A stretch of 55,005 bases of DNA from Candidatus Fraserbacteria bacterium (GTDB lineage Bacteria; Bipolaricaulota; Bipolaricaulia; RBG-16-55-9; DRXL01): positions 1 through 55,005 of the forward strand of contig CAMTVK010000014.1 of assembly GCA_947085185.1 (NCBI GenBank). Reading direction: 5' to 3'. Each line of letters opens with the position of its first letter. The first letter of the stretch is position 1. Made by a program: the position numbers and the translations under genes. The notes beneath the pieces were generated by a model. That model made no database searches, had not been told where the DNA came from, and was given only the letters and a program-made list of their open reading frames with translations. Positions 17,731 through 27,672 of this stretch are shown here, piece after piece.

Positions 17731-19554
17731 CTACATCCTTTCTGGGGCCACAAGCCCCAACAGGGCAAACGCCCTCTCTAAGACGAGCTGCACCGCGCGA
17801 CAGAGCACCAGCCGCGCCTGCATCCGCTGGGGATGCGCCTCATCGAGCACCCGATGCCTCTCATAAAAGTCATGAAACAGCCCGGCAAGCTCATGCACGT
17901 AGATCGCGAGAAAATGCGGGGCTAAGTGCTCCGTCGCATCGGACACGACCTTGGGGAATTCGTCGAGCTTCTTGATGAGCGCCAGCTCTTGGGGAGAGTC
18001 GAGAGAGTCTAGAGAGTCGAAAGAGTCGAAAGAGTTGGGAGAGTCCAGAGACTCGAAGATGCTCTTGATGCGCGTGTAGGCGTACATGACGTAGTAGACG
18101 GGATTCTCGCGAGACTGCTGCTTGGCTAAGTCTAAGTCGAAGTTGACGTGAGAGTCTGGGCTGCGCATCAACAGAAAGAATCTGACGACGTTGATAGAGA
18201 AATCTTCTCGCAAGGCTTCGCCTTGACCGTCTGTTTCAGCAAGTTCGACGGTGTTCTTGATCTCATCAATGAGTTCGTCTATGGTCACGAAGGTTGCGAG
18301 GCGCTTGGACATCTTGACCGGATGTCCCGAGCGCAACAGATTGACCCATTGGTGAATGAGCACGCGAATCTTTTCGGGGTTGCACTCCTTGGGGAGCTTT
18401 CCATGCTCCCACAGCGCGCGCACCGCTGCGAGCACATCCTGAGAGGTCTCGCGGTGATCCGCGCCAAAGATATCTATAATCAGATCGAAGCCCCGCAGAA
18501 GTTTATTGGCGTGATAGGCCATGTCGGGAAGCCTGTACGTTGGCTCACCGGCGGCAGGGCCGCTGCCACGGACCAGCACCCTGTCTTGCGGGCGTCCCAG
18601 CGCTGTTGCTTTGAACCAGATCGCCCCGTCTTTCTCATACGCTAAGTCCAGCTCGCGCAGCCACTGCAAGAGCGTCTGATTCGTCACAAAGACAAGCCTC
18701 GCTTGATCTTCCTCGTGCCGGCCTGCGGCTGGCACGAGGTACGGTCCAGGCGCAGCCTGGTAGAGCCAACTCTCGTTGTAGTACACGTCGAAGACTCGCT
18801 CTGGAGGCACTCGAAAGAGCCTGCTGAGCGTGTGCTTGATCTCCCCAAAGAGTTCTGCTTCGGCGAACTTGGTAAACTGTTCACGAGGTGCCTCGGCCCA
18901 CGTCCCACCGTAGAGACTCTGAATCTTTCGTGCAATCTCAAAGATATACTCCCCGTGATAGCCATCTTCGGGGAACTGCGACGGCTGCCCTAGCATCTCC
19001 AAGTATCGCGCTCGCACGGACTCGCCCAAGAGCTTCATCTGGCGCCCCGCGTCGTTATAGTAATACTCTCGGGTCACGGCGTAGCCCGCGTTCTCCAATA
19101 ATCTCGAAATAACGTCGCCCAAGACGGCTTGACGACAGTGCCCTACAGTTAAGGGCCCGGTGGGGTTGGCGCTGACGAACTCGACTTGGGCTCTCTTGCC
19201 TTGCCCAAAGCTCAGCTTGCCATAAGAATACCCCTGAGCCAAGAGCGCTTTGAGAGCTTGGTGGATCGTCTCTTTTTTGAGAGAGAAATTGATGAACCCC
19301 GGGCCAACGACATCAATCTTTTCAAAGCTGATCGCTGACTGCTGATCGCTCTTTATATAAGCAACGATCTCTTCAGCGATCTGCCGTGGGGCCCTCTTGA
19401 GCTGCGCTTTGAGCGCAAACGCGACAGTGCTGGAAAGATCGCCAAACTCGGGGTTCTCCGGCACAGCAACCAGCCCAGATGACACCTGGTCTGAGAGTCC
19501 ATAGAGTCTCAAGACCGTCTCACGGAGCTTCTCAACCACAAGTTCCCGCAGCAT
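17731..19554 (-). CDS. argS: Arginyl-tRNA synthetase
   Basis: GPGFINF, EFVSANPTGPLTVGH, GADH, KMSKR, ENPVYYV, APERM motifs. Confidence 0.97.
   Translation of the reverse strand: MLRELVVEKLRETVLRLYGLSDQVSSGLVAVPENPEFGDLSSTVAFALKAQLKRAPRQIAEEIVAYIKSDQQSAISFEKIDVVGPGFINFSLKKETIHQALKALLAQGYSYGKLSFGQGKRAQVEFVSANPTGPLTVGHCRQAVLGDVISRLLENAGYAVTREYYYNDAGRQMKLLGESVRARYLEMLGQPSQFPEDGYHGEYIFEIARKIQSLYGGTWAEAPREQFTKFAEAELFGEIKHTLSRLFRVPPERVFDVYYNESWLYQAAPGPYLVPAAGRHEEDQARLVFVTNQTLLQWLRELDLAYEKDGAIWFKATALGRPQDRVLVRGSGPAAGEPTYRLPDMAYHANKLLRGFDLIIDIFGADHRETSQDVLAAVRALWEHGKLPKECNPEKIRVLIHQWVNLLRSGHPVKMSKRLATFVTIDELIDEIKNTVELAETDGQGEALREDFSINVVRFFLLMRSPDSHVNFDLDLAKQQSRENPVYYVMYAYTRIKSIFESLDSPNSFDSFDSLDSLDSPQELALIKKLDEFPKVVSDATEHLAPHFLAIYVHELAGLFHDFYERHRVLDEAHPQRMQARLVLCRAVQLVLERAFALLGLVAPERM
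17994..18056. repeat. Seven 9-bp tandem units inside argS
   Basis: gagagtcga gagagtcta gagagtcga aagagtcga aagagttgg gagagtcca gagactcga. Confidence 0.85.
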
Positions 19555-19606
19555 CTTCTCTCTTTTCCCCCACCTAAGAACTGAGAACTGTCAAACTCAG
19601 AACTGT

Positions 19607-20239
19607 TCACGGGCAGGAGGCCCGCTCCGGGTTGTACGCGTCGATGAGCCTCTCCAAAAAACGAATGATCCTCTGCTCGATCTGTGGGGTGATCTCCTCG
19701 GCATCGAAGAGATCGAGCCTGCCCCACGCCGTAAGCGCGATCTTCTTGGGCAGCAAGGGATAGGGCGCGACGATCACTTTACAGTATCTCTCAAAGTTCT
19801 CGGTGCGCAGCCGCCCGATCAGTCTCTTCAATCCCTCGGCAACAGGGTCCTCTAAAGCCGGGCTCTCCACAGGACGATACTGCACGAGCACCCCTCCTAA
19901 GCGCAGCATATGCACCTGGATTTCGTTAGGGATGGGCAGGTCGTGAATGCCCCAGTCGGTCGTCGCCCCTGCATAGGGCCCGGACGTCGGAGGCACGGAA
20001 TTATACTGAACGGTCTCACCAACGCGCAGCTGATAGTTGGCGGGCTGCTGAATGGGGATGGCCGTGCCGGGCTTGGCAAAATAGATTCTGTACACGCCCC
20101 AGCCCCCCAGCCCCAAAATCCCGACCACTACCCCAACAATGATGCTCCAGCGCTGGAGTCCCCAAGAGAACGTGGCCCGCTGGGCAACGCGCCTTCTTGG
20201 AACGGCCATCGGCTTCTTCTTCGGGTTGCTCAAGAACAT
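19607..20239 (-). CDS. Membrane-anchored DUF3105-like protein
   Basis: One TM segment; YNSVPPTSGP, WG, IVAPYP, IALTAWG motifs; start uncertain (20239 or 20260). Confidence 0.75.
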   Translation of the reverse strand: MFLSNPKKKPMAVPRRRVAQRATFSWGLQRWSIIVGVVVGILGLGGWGVYRIYFAKPGTAIPIQQPANYQLRVGETVQYNSVPPTSGPYAGATTDWGIHDLPIPNEIQVHMLRLGGVLVQYRPVESPALEDPVAEGLKRLIGRLRTENFERYCKVIVAPYPLLPKKIALTAWGRLDLFDAEEITPQIEQRIIRFLERLIDAYNPERASCP

Positions 20240-20317
20240 AGTCTTGACGCCTGCGCGCACAGATTATATCATAGACCAAGAGAGCCAGTCCATTACAGTA
20301 GAGGAGGAGAACTCTCA

Positions 20318-20704
20318 ATGAGCCAATATGCACAGATTCTTCAGATGGCTGAGATCCCCTGGGAGAAGGGGATCTCGCCCACGATCTGGCAGAAGCCCAT
20401 CTGGACACGCGCGGACTCCAATTCCCACGCCCAGATGATGCTCGTCAAGATGGTCCCAGGGGGAACATCTCCGGCCCATCGCCATCCCCACCCCCAAATC
20501 TTCTATGTGATCTCTGGGACGGGGATCGTCCGTCTGGACGGCCAAGAGTATCCGCTTAGGCCGGGCTCGGTCGTGCGCGTGCTGGGGGGCGAGCTCCACG
20601 ACTTCGTCAACACCGGCACCGAAGAGCTCGTCATGATCGAGATGCAGATCTTCGATATTAAAATTGACTTGAAGAAGGTCTTAGAGCACGCAAAGCAGCT
20701 ATGA
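20318..20704 (+). CDS. Cupin domain protein
   Basis: GGAGGAG RBS; HRHPHPQIFYVISG..H cupin motifs. Confidence 0.85.
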   Translation: MSQYAQILQMAEIPWEKGISPTIWQKPIWTRADSNSHAQMMLVKMVPGGTSPAHRHPHPQIFYVISGTGIVRLDGQEYPLRPGSVVRVLGGELHDFVNTGTEELVMIEMQIFDIKIDLKKVLEHAKQL

Positions 20705-21597
20705 ACTTAAGAATTTGGCTGTTGGCGACGCGCCCGTGGTCGTTTACCATGACGGCGATCTCCGTAGGGGTAGGGGGAGCTATCGCTGCTCTTGATGGGG
20801 CCTTTGACGTATGGCTCTTTGTGATGACGCTGATCGGCGCGGTCTGCGTCCACGGCGCGACCAATCTCATCAATGACTATTTTGACTACAAAAGCGGGGT
20901 AGATCGTCCTGGCGCCCCAACGACGCTCTATCGTCCGCATCCGTTAGTAGAGGGGCTCATCTCTCCCAAAGCTGTGCTCGCCGTGAGCTTCGTGCTGTAC
21001 GGCGTTGCGGCCCTCATCGGGCTGTATCTTCTCCGGCTTGTGGGCGTTGGGCTCCTTTGGTTTGTGGGTGGGGGAGCGCTCGCGAGCTTCTTCTACACGG
21101 CTGATCCGATCAAATATAAATACTTTGCCCTGGGAGAGCTCTCAGTCTTTTTGATGTGGGGGCCGGTGATCGTGGGGGGAACGTACTTTGTCCAGCGGGG
21201 CTCGCTCAGTCCAGAGGCGCTCTTCATCTCGCTGCCGTTTGGGATGCTCGTCGCGCTCGTCTTGCTTGCGAATAATCTGAGAGACATTGAGTACGACAGT
21301 CTTGTAGGGATCAAGACGCTTGGGACGCTGCTGGGCCAGCGCCGGACCCTCTGGCTCTATCAAGGGCTGATCGGGCTCGCCTACGGAGCGATCATTCTCT
21401 TGATCGCATTCAAGATCTTGAGCCCCTGGGGCCTGCTGGTCTTCTTCTCCGTCCCGGTGGCGCTCAGATTGATCCGGACGATGCAGCAGCAGATCCCCAC
21501 GGACGCCGACGCCCGCACCTCCCAGCTCGATATGCTCTTTGGCGTCTGGCTCATCGCTGCGCTCGTCTTAGAGAAGATCCTCCCCTTACTCTCATGA
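20701..21597 (+). CDS. menA: 1,4-dihydroxy-2-naphthoate prenyltransferase (UbiA family)
   Basis: WLLATRP, NLINDYFD..GVD, NNLRDIEYD..GIKTL; multi-TM. Confidence 0.85.
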   Translation: MNLRIWLLATRPWSFTMTAISVGVGGAIAALDGAFDVWLFVMTLIGAVCVHGATNLINDYFDYKSGVDRPGAPTTLYRPHPLVEGLISPKAVLAVSFVLYGVAALIGLYLLRLVGVGLLWFVGGGALASFFYTADPIKYKYFALGELSVFLMWGPVIVGGTYFVQRGSLSPEALFISLPFGMLVALVLLANNLRDIEYDSLVGIKTLGTLLGQRRTLWLYQGLIGLAYGAIILLIAFKILSPWGLLVFFSVPVALRLIRTMQQQIPTDADARTSQLDMLFGVWLIAALVLEKILPLLS

Positions 21598-22208
21598 GCA
21601 GAGACTTGGGGCTCCTCGGGTTGACAGCACTCGTGTTTGCCCTGTGGTACTTCGCTTTTCAGACGGAGCTTTGGAACTTCTGGGTGCGCCTGGCGCTCGC
21701 TGCGGCCACCGTGGCGACGAGCGCTCTTGTGCTGACTCCAGATCGCAGGACGCTCTTTCGGTTTGGCCCGCGCGACATCGCGATCGGGGTCGCGTCGGCC
21801 CTCGTCTTGTATGGGGTCTTCTGGGTGGGCAAGCAGATCGCGATGGTGATCTTCCCCTTCACTTCAGATCAGATCCACAGTGTCTACGCGAAGAGAGAGC
21901 AGCTCGATCTCATGTGGATCGGGCTGTTGCTGTTCGTTCTTGTGGGGCCGAGCGAGGAGATCTTCTGGCGCGGCTATCTTCAGCGCCGCTTGAGCGCTTA
22001 TCTTGGCGCGCAGAAGGGCTGGCTGGCGACGACCGCGCTCTATGCGCTCGTACACATCTGGACGCTCAATCTCATCTTAATGCTCGCAGCAGGCGTCGCG
22101 GGGCTTGTGTGGGGCTGGATCTACCAGCGCCAGCAGAGTTTAGTCGCCGTGATCGTCTCCCACGCCCTCTGGGATATCAGTATCTTTGTGTTCTGGCCGT
22201 TAGTATGA
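21594..22208 (+). CDS. CPBP (Abi/CAAX) intramembrane protease family protein
   Basis: EEIFWRG, YALVH, SHALWD motifs. Confidence 0.85.
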   Translation: MSRDLGLLGLTALVFALWYFAFQTELWNFWVRLALAAATVATSALVLTPDRRTLFRFGPRDIAIGVASALVLYGVFWVGKQIAMVIFPFTSDQIHSVYAKREQLDLMWIGLLLFVLVGPSEEIFWRGYLQRRLSAYLGAQKGWLATTALYALVHIWTLNLILMLAAGVAGLVWGWIYQRQQSLVAVIVSHALWDISIFVFWPLV

Positions 22209-22288
22209 CAGAGCTCATAAAACGACATGACGCAGCTTATGGTCGAGAGCCATTCCAAGTCGGTAGAATCAACGGCACAGGAGGTTCT

Positions 22289-23401
22289 ATGAAGATCGCA
22301 GTTCCCAAAGAGACCGCGCCTTATGAGCGACGGGTTGCGCTCGTGCCGGAGACCGTCGCGAGGCTGGTTCAATCGGGGCTGGCAGTCCAGATAGAAGCCG
22401 GCGCCGGAGATGGGGCTTCTTACCCTGACGCTCAGTATCAAGCCGCCGGCGCCATAGTAGTCCCCGACAAAAAGACGCTCTTTGGCACAGCAGATATCTT
22501 GATAAAAGTCCAAAAGCCCTCCCCCGAGGAAGTGGAGCTCTTGCGCGAGGGCACCGTGCTCATCGGCATTCTGCAGCCGTTGCTCACCCCGGAGCTCCTG
22601 CAGCAGCTGGCCCAAAAGAAGATCACGGCCTGTGCCGTGGACATGATCCCCAGAATTACCCGGGCTCAGCCCATGGACGTGCTCTCCTCCCAGAGCACGG
22701 TCGCAGGCTATAAAGCCGTCTTGCTCGCCGCCTATTATCTGCCCAAGTTCTTCCCCATGCTCTCGACGGCCGCGGGCACGATCACCCCAGCGAAAGTCTT
22801 TATTATTGGTGCTGGGGTAGCTGGGCTCCAAGCGATCGCCACGGCGCGTCGTCTGGGGGCAGTCGTCCAGGCGTTTGATGTCCGACCCGCGGTCAAGCAA
22901 GAAGTCGAGAGCCTTGGCGCGAAGTTCGTCGGCTTAGCGCTCGAGGAAGCTGCAGATAAGTCCGGCTACGCCAAAGAGCTCAGCGAAGAACATAAAAAGA
23001 AAGAGCGCGAGCTCATCGCCCACTACCTCAAAGAGTCTGACGTCGTGATCACCACGGCGCTCGTCCCCGGCAAGAGAGCCCCGCTGCTCATCACCAAAGA
23101 GATGGTCGCTGCGATGAAGCCGGGCTCGGTCGTTATAGACCTAGCTGCCGAACAGGGCGGCAACTGCGAGCTCACCCAACCGGGCAAAGAGATCGCGGTC
23201 AACGGCGTCACGATCGTGGGCCCGATCAATCTGCCCAGCTCGATGAGCTTCCACGCCAGCCAAATGTATTCGAGAAATATCGCAAGCTTTCTCGGTCTGT
23301 TGATCACCAAAGAGCATCAGCTCCATCTCGACTTCACCGACGAGATCATCAAGGGCTGCTGCGTCACCCATGAGGGCAAGATCTTGCTCCCCAACAAATA
23401 A
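22289..23401 (+). CDS. pntA: NAD(P) transhydrogenase alpha part 1
   Basis: GGAGG RBS; ERRVALVP, RAQPMDVLSSQ, GAGVAGL, GGNCELT motifs. Confidence 0.95.
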   Translation: MKIAVPKETAPYERRVALVPETVARLVQSGLAVQIEAGAGDGASYPDAQYQAAGAIVVPDKKTLFGTADILIKVQKPSPEEVELLREGTVLIGILQPLLTPELLQQLAQKKITACAVDMIPRITRAQPMDVLSSQSTVAGYKAVLLAAYYLPKFFPMLSTAAGTITPAKVFIIGAGVAGLQAIATARRLGAVVQAFDVRPAVKQEVESLGAKFVGLALEEAADKSGYAKELSEEHKKKERELIAHYLKESDVVITTALVPGKRAPLLITKEMVAAMKPGSVVIDLAAEQGGNCELTQPGKEIAVNGVTIVGPINLPSSMSFHASQMYSRNIASFLGLLITKEHQLHLDFTDEIIKGCCVTHEGKILLPNK

Positions 23402-23410
23402 GGAGGCCCT

Positions 23411-23704
23411 ATGACCGAAGCACTCTTAGCAGCACTCTATATCTTCGTGATCGCGATGTTCTTGGGGTTCGCGGTGATTACGAAGGTCCCGCCCCTGCTG
23501 CACACCCCGTTGATGTCCGGCTCCAACGCTATTTCTGGGATCACGATCATCGGCGCGCTCATTGTCGCCGGGCGCCAAGAGGGCGCCCTCCAGACGCTCT
23601 TGGGGCTCATCGCGATCATCTTAGCTATGGTCAACGTCGTCGGTGGGTACTTGGTCACCGACAGAATGCTCCAGATGTTCAAGCGAAAGCCGGGTGAGAG
23701 ATAA
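23411..23704 (+). CDS. NAD(P) transhydrogenase alpha part 2
   Basis: LHTPLMSGSNAISG and VTDRMLQMF motifs. Confidence 0.95.
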   Translation: MTEALLAALYIFVIAMFLGFAVITKVPPLLHTPLMSGSNAISGITIIGALIVAGRQEGALQTLLGLIAIILAMVNVVGGYLVTDRMLQMFKRKPGER

Positions 23705-25101
23705 TGGCTCTCCGAGAGGTGCTCATTGCGCTCTCGTACATGGTCGCGTCGGCGTGCTTTGTCATCGGGCTGATGTGGTTGCAGTCGCCCAAGCGGGCCC
23801 GCGCGGGCAATCTCTTGTCGGCGCTGGGAATGCTCCTGGCAATCAGCGCCACGCTCTTTGTGTCGGGGATCACAGACTACTCGGTCATTATCATCGGGAT
23901 CATTATCGGGTCGGCGCTCGGCGCGGTGATGGCCCGCACGGTGAAGATGACGGCCATGCCGCAGATGGTCGGGATTCTTAACGGCTTTGGCGGTGGGGCT
24001 TCGGCGTTAGTCGCCGCCGCTGAGTTCTTCAAGTATGCTGCTGACCCCAGCACCCTGACCCTCGACGTCTCGATCTCCATCATGTTAGCGATGATCGTCG
24101 GGACAGTGACGTTCTCCGGGAGCATGATCGCCGCGGGCAAGCTCCAAGGGATCGTCAACGAACGGCCGATCACCTATCCGTCTCAGAATATTATTAATTT
24201 ACTATTCTTTCTGACGATCGTCGCTGCCGCGGTCTTCTTGGTCATGAGCTTTGGGCACCCCTGGGTCTTTCTCTATCTTACTCTTGCGGCATTGGTCTTT
24301 GGGGTGCTGTTTACGATCCCCATCGGCGGGGCAGATATGCCCGTCGTCATCTGTTTTTTGAACGCGCTGTCCGGCGTCGCCGCGGCGATGGCCGGGTTCG
24401 TCATCAAGAATAACGCTCTGATCATTGCGGGCTCGCTCGTTGGGGCGTCGGGTATCATTCTGACTCAGATTATGTGCTGGGCGATGAACCGCCCCATCAC
24501 CAATGTGCTCTTTGGGGCGTTTGGCGCCGTGGCGACTGTCGGCTCTGGATCGGCGACGGCGACGACGAAGACTGTCAAGCCCATCCAAGCCGACGAAGCT
24601 GCGATTCTGTTGGCCTATGCGCAATTCGTTATCATTGTGCCCGGCTACGGCATGGCCGTCTCCCAAGCCCAGCATGCCGTCAGACAGCTTGCAGATGAGC
24701 TGGCCAAGCGCGGCGTGACCGTCAAATACGCGATCCATCCTGTGGCCGGCCGCATGCCCGGCCACATGAACGTCTTGCTCGCCGAAGCGAACGTCCCCTA
24801 CGACCAACTCTACGATATGGACCAGATCAACGATGAGTTCCAGAACGCCGATGTGGCGCTGATCGTGGGGGCCAACGACGTGGTCAACCCCGCAGCCCGC
24901 TCCGATAAGAGCAGCCCGATCTACGGGATGCCCATTCTCAACGCCGACCATGCCAAGCAGATAATAGTTCTAAAGCGCAGCATGAACCCAGGGTTTGCCG
25001 GGATCGAGAACGAGCTCTTCTATAACGAGAAGACCCGGATGCTCTTTGGCGACGCCAAGGAGTCGCTCACCAAGCTCATCAACGAAGTGAAGAATCTATA
25101 A
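23704..25101 (+). CDS. pntB: NAD(P) transhydrogenase beta subunit
   Basis: MTAMPQMV, IGGADMPVV, HPVAGRMPGHMNVLLAEA motifs. Confidence 0.97.
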   Translation: MALREVLIALSYMVASACFVIGLMWLQSPKRARAGNLLSALGMLLAISATLFVSGITDYSVIIIGIIIGSALGAVMARTVKMTAMPQMVGILNGFGGGASALVAAAEFFKYAADPSTLTLDVSISIMLAMIVGTVTFSGSMIAAGKLQGIVNERPITYPSQNIINLLFFLTIVAAAVFLVMSFGHPWVFLYLTLAALVFGVLFTIPIGGADMPVVICFLNALSGVAAAMAGFVIKNNALIIAGSLVGASGIILTQIMCWAMNRPITNVLFGAFGAVATVGSGSATATTKTVKPIQADEAAILLAYAQFVIIVPGYGMAVSQAQHAVRQLADELAKRGVTVKYAIHPVAGRMPGHMNVLLAEANVPYDQLYDMDQINDEFQNADVALIVGANDVVNPAARSDKSSPIYGMPILNADHAKQIIVLKRSMNPGFAGIENELFYNEKTRMLFGDAKESLTKLINEVKNL

Positions 25102-25123
25102 ACATAAGATATAATTGGGCGTT

Positions 25124-26266
25124 ATGGACTACCCGTTCTCTGAAGAGCATCGCATCTTCCGGCGTACTGTCAGACGTTTCGTCGAAGAAGAACTCAACCC
25201 CAACGTAGACGAGTGGGAGGCCGCCGGAATCTTCCCAAAAGAGCTCTACCGAAGAATGGGGGAGCTGGGCTTTTTGGGGATTAGATACGACGAAAAGTAC
25301 GGGGGCGCCGGTGCAGATATCTGGTCCACCGTCGTCTTCTGCGAAGAGCTGGGGCGGTGTCGTTCACGAGGGCTGACGATGAGCGTCTTAGTTCATACAG
25401 ATATGTCATCGCCCTATCTGTATAAATACGGCTCCGAAGCCCTCAAACAGAGATATCTCCCGGCGATGATCCGCGGGGAGAAGGTCGGTGCGATCGCGCT
25501 CACCGAGCCTGGGGGCGGGTCGGATCTGGCCGCCATGCAGACCACCGCCAAGAAGAAGGGCAATCATTATATTCTGAATGGGAGCAAGACGTTTATCACC
25601 AATGCGCTCAACGCCGATCTCTTCGTGGTGGCGTGCAAGACCGAGCCGAGCGCGGGCCATCGCGGGGTCTCCCTGCTGCTGGTCGAGCGCAATACCCCGG
25701 GGTTCGAGATCCGAAAACTCCCGAAAAAATTGGGCATGCACGCCTCCGATACGGGCGAGCTCTCCTTCGACAACTGCCCCGTGCCCGCGGACCATCTCAT
25801 CGGGGAGGAGAACCACGGCTTCTATTATATTATGCAAGGGCTCCAGAACGAACGGTTCGTCTCGTCTGTGGCGTTTACGGCATCAGCCCAACAAGCCCTC
25901 GAAGACGCCATTCGCTATGCCCAAGAGCGCGAACTTTTTGGCAAAAAACTCTCAGAGTTTCAGATCACTCGACACAAGCTCGCCAAACTCCAGACCAAGC
26001 TCGAAGCCGCCCGACAATTACTCTATCACGCGGCACGGCTGATGGAAGCCCGCGAAGACCCTACAACGGTCATCTCGATGTGCAAGGCATTCTGCGCCGA
26101 CGTCGCCTGCGAAGTCGCCGACGAATGCTTACAGATCCACGGCGGCTACGGCTACATGGAAGAGTACGACATCGCGCGATTCTATAGGGATATCCGACTC
26201 TGGAAGATCGGCGCGGGCACCACCGAAGTGATGTACGAGATCATCGCCAAGAGAATGGGGATCTGA
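25124..26266 (+). CDS. Acyl-CoA dehydrogenase (LCAD/IVD-like)
   Basis: ALTEPGGGSD, NGSKTFITN, QIHGGYGY, IGAGTTEV motifs. Confidence 0.92.
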   Translation: MDYPFSEEHRIFRRTVRRFVEEELNPNVDEWEAAGIFPKELYRRMGELGFLGIRYDEKYGGAGADIWSTVVFCEELGRCRSRGLTMSVLVHTDMSSPYLYKYGSEALKQRYLPAMIRGEKVGAIALTEPGGGSDLAAMQTTAKKKGNHYILNGSKTFITNALNADLFVVACKTEPSAGHRGVSLLLVERNTPGFEIRKLPKKLGMHASDTGELSFDNCPVPADHLIGEENHGFYYIMQGLQNERFVSSVAFTASAQQALEDAIRYAQERELFGKKLSEFQITRHKLAKLQTKLEAARQLLYHAARLMEAREDPTTVISMCKAFCADVACEVADECLQIHGGYGYMEEYDIARFYRDIRLWKIGAGTTEVMYEIIAKRMGI

Positions 26267-26983
26267 CTACGGATCTACCTTCAGGGCCGCGACGATCTCC
26301 CCCGAAAACATCCATTCTGTCTGGCTGAGCACGGTGAGGCGCATATTCTGCACGTAGACGGAGCCTTCTAAGAGGGGATCGCGCCGATCGCGCTGCATAT
26401 GTTTCAATTTGAGAGTCGCCGTCAGCTGCGCCCCATACTGAATGAGCCCCGTGATTCGCTCTTTCTCATACGTCGCGGTGATCGCAATCGGCGCTGTCAC
26501 ATCGCCGACCATATTGATCGCGGGAGCGACGGCCTTCACATCAGTATGCCCATGAGCTGTGTTCTGGGACGGCTCGAGCATGAAGTGCTGCGTAGCATGG
26601 CCGAAGCTGCCAAAGTCTTGGCGCCCCTCAACCATCACCGGGCCGCTGACGAACGCCAGAGCGGCTATCTCAATGAGCACATTGGCCGGGACGAGCGCCC
26701 CAAAGATGAACCGTCCGGCCGGACGCCCTAAGTCATAGCCCATCTTGGTGAGCTTGTTCAGATCTCCCGCGAAGTACGCAGAGCCCGTGAATCTATAAAT
26801 TGTCGCTCCGCCGGAGCTGTACCCCGGCGCGATATCTATTCTGTACGAGGTCGCGTAGGGTGCATCGCCGAGAAAGACCATCTGGGCGAGGGTGAGCGAA
26901 CGTCCCTCCAGCGCCAATGAAAAACTTCCCGAGCCGATCACCATCATCCCCAGAACGAACACCAGAGACAACTTCCGCGCCAT
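26267..26983 (-). CDS. Hypothetical secreted beta-rich protein
   Basis: AAGGAGG RBS before MARKLSLVFVL signal peptide; no recognised family. Confidence 0.7.
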   Translation of the reverse strand: MARKLSLVFVLGMMVIGSGSFSLALEGRSLTLAQMVFLGDAPYATSYRIDIAPGYSSGGATIYRFTGSAYFAGDLNKLTKMGYDLGRPAGRFIFGALVPANVLIEIAALAFVSGPVMVEGRQDFGSFGHATQHFMLEPSQNTAHGHTDVKAVAPAINMVGDVTAPIAITATYEKERITGLIQYGAQLTATLKLKHMQRDRRDPLLEGSVYVQNMRLTVLSQTEWMFSGEIVAALKVDP

Positions 26984-27069
26984 CGTGGCCTCCTTTTTTT
27001 GAGAACTGATCGCGTAGGCTATTCTACCCAACGGAGCTCCCCCAAAACAGTGATATGCGTTACATTGGC

Positions 27070-27603
27070 TTAAAATTTCAGTTCTGTCACGGAAAAGCTC
27101 CATTCTTGCGCGGCAGCCGCCTTGGGGGCTGTGCCCGCAACGCCCCAGTTATACGCTATAGTAGCGACGAGGGCTGGCACCAAGGGGAGTTTCAAGAGAA
27201 AGATCTGGTGGCTGGCCGCCACCCACGCTTGCGTGGCCACAAACGCCGTCCAGATATTTCCCCGAACTCCGCGCATCACACTCATCAAGGCCACCCCCGC
27301 CAGCGCCCCAATGCCCCGCCCCATGTTGACCGTGTGAAACCCTGGCGAGTTCAGCTTGATCACCGATAACGGATCGCCTTCGATGGGGATGCGCTGCTGC
27401 AGCACCACAAGCTTATAGAGCGGATCACAGCTCTTCTCGAACCGCACGCACGTCGTATGCACTGTGCCCAGCCCGATCGCCCCGCCGATCACGGCTCCGA
27501 CTTCCGCGGCCAAGAACGCGTCGCCCCACGTGGGCGCCCTCTGGGCAAACGCGCTGCCTCCCACAAGCACAAGCATCGCTACGCTCACGGCACAGTATTT
27601 CAT
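27070..27603 (-). CDS. Hypothetical exported/membrane protein
   Basis: GGAGG RBS; signal peptide AFA-Q; Gly-rich hydrophobic segments; C-terminal Phe. Confidence 0.65.
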   Translation of the reverse strand: MKYCAVSVAMLVLVGGSAFAQRAPTWGDAFLAAEVGAVIGGAIGLGTVHTTCVRFEKSCDPLYKLVVLQQRIPIEGDPLSVIKLNSPGFHTVNMGRGIGALAGVALMSVMRGVRGNIWTAFVATQAWVAASHQIFLLKLPLVPALVATIAYNWGVAGTAPKAAAAQEWSFSVTELKF

Positions 27604-27672
27604 AAGCCCTCCCAAGCTTTTCTCGTCATTCCCAGCTTACCCAACAAGAGCAAGCCCTGTCGGTGATAGCAA

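Noticed and set aside
21644..22288. Apparent 215-aa N-terminal extension of PntA
   Set aside because: Overlaps the CPBP gene in another frame; a clear GGAGG RBS precedes ATG 22289.
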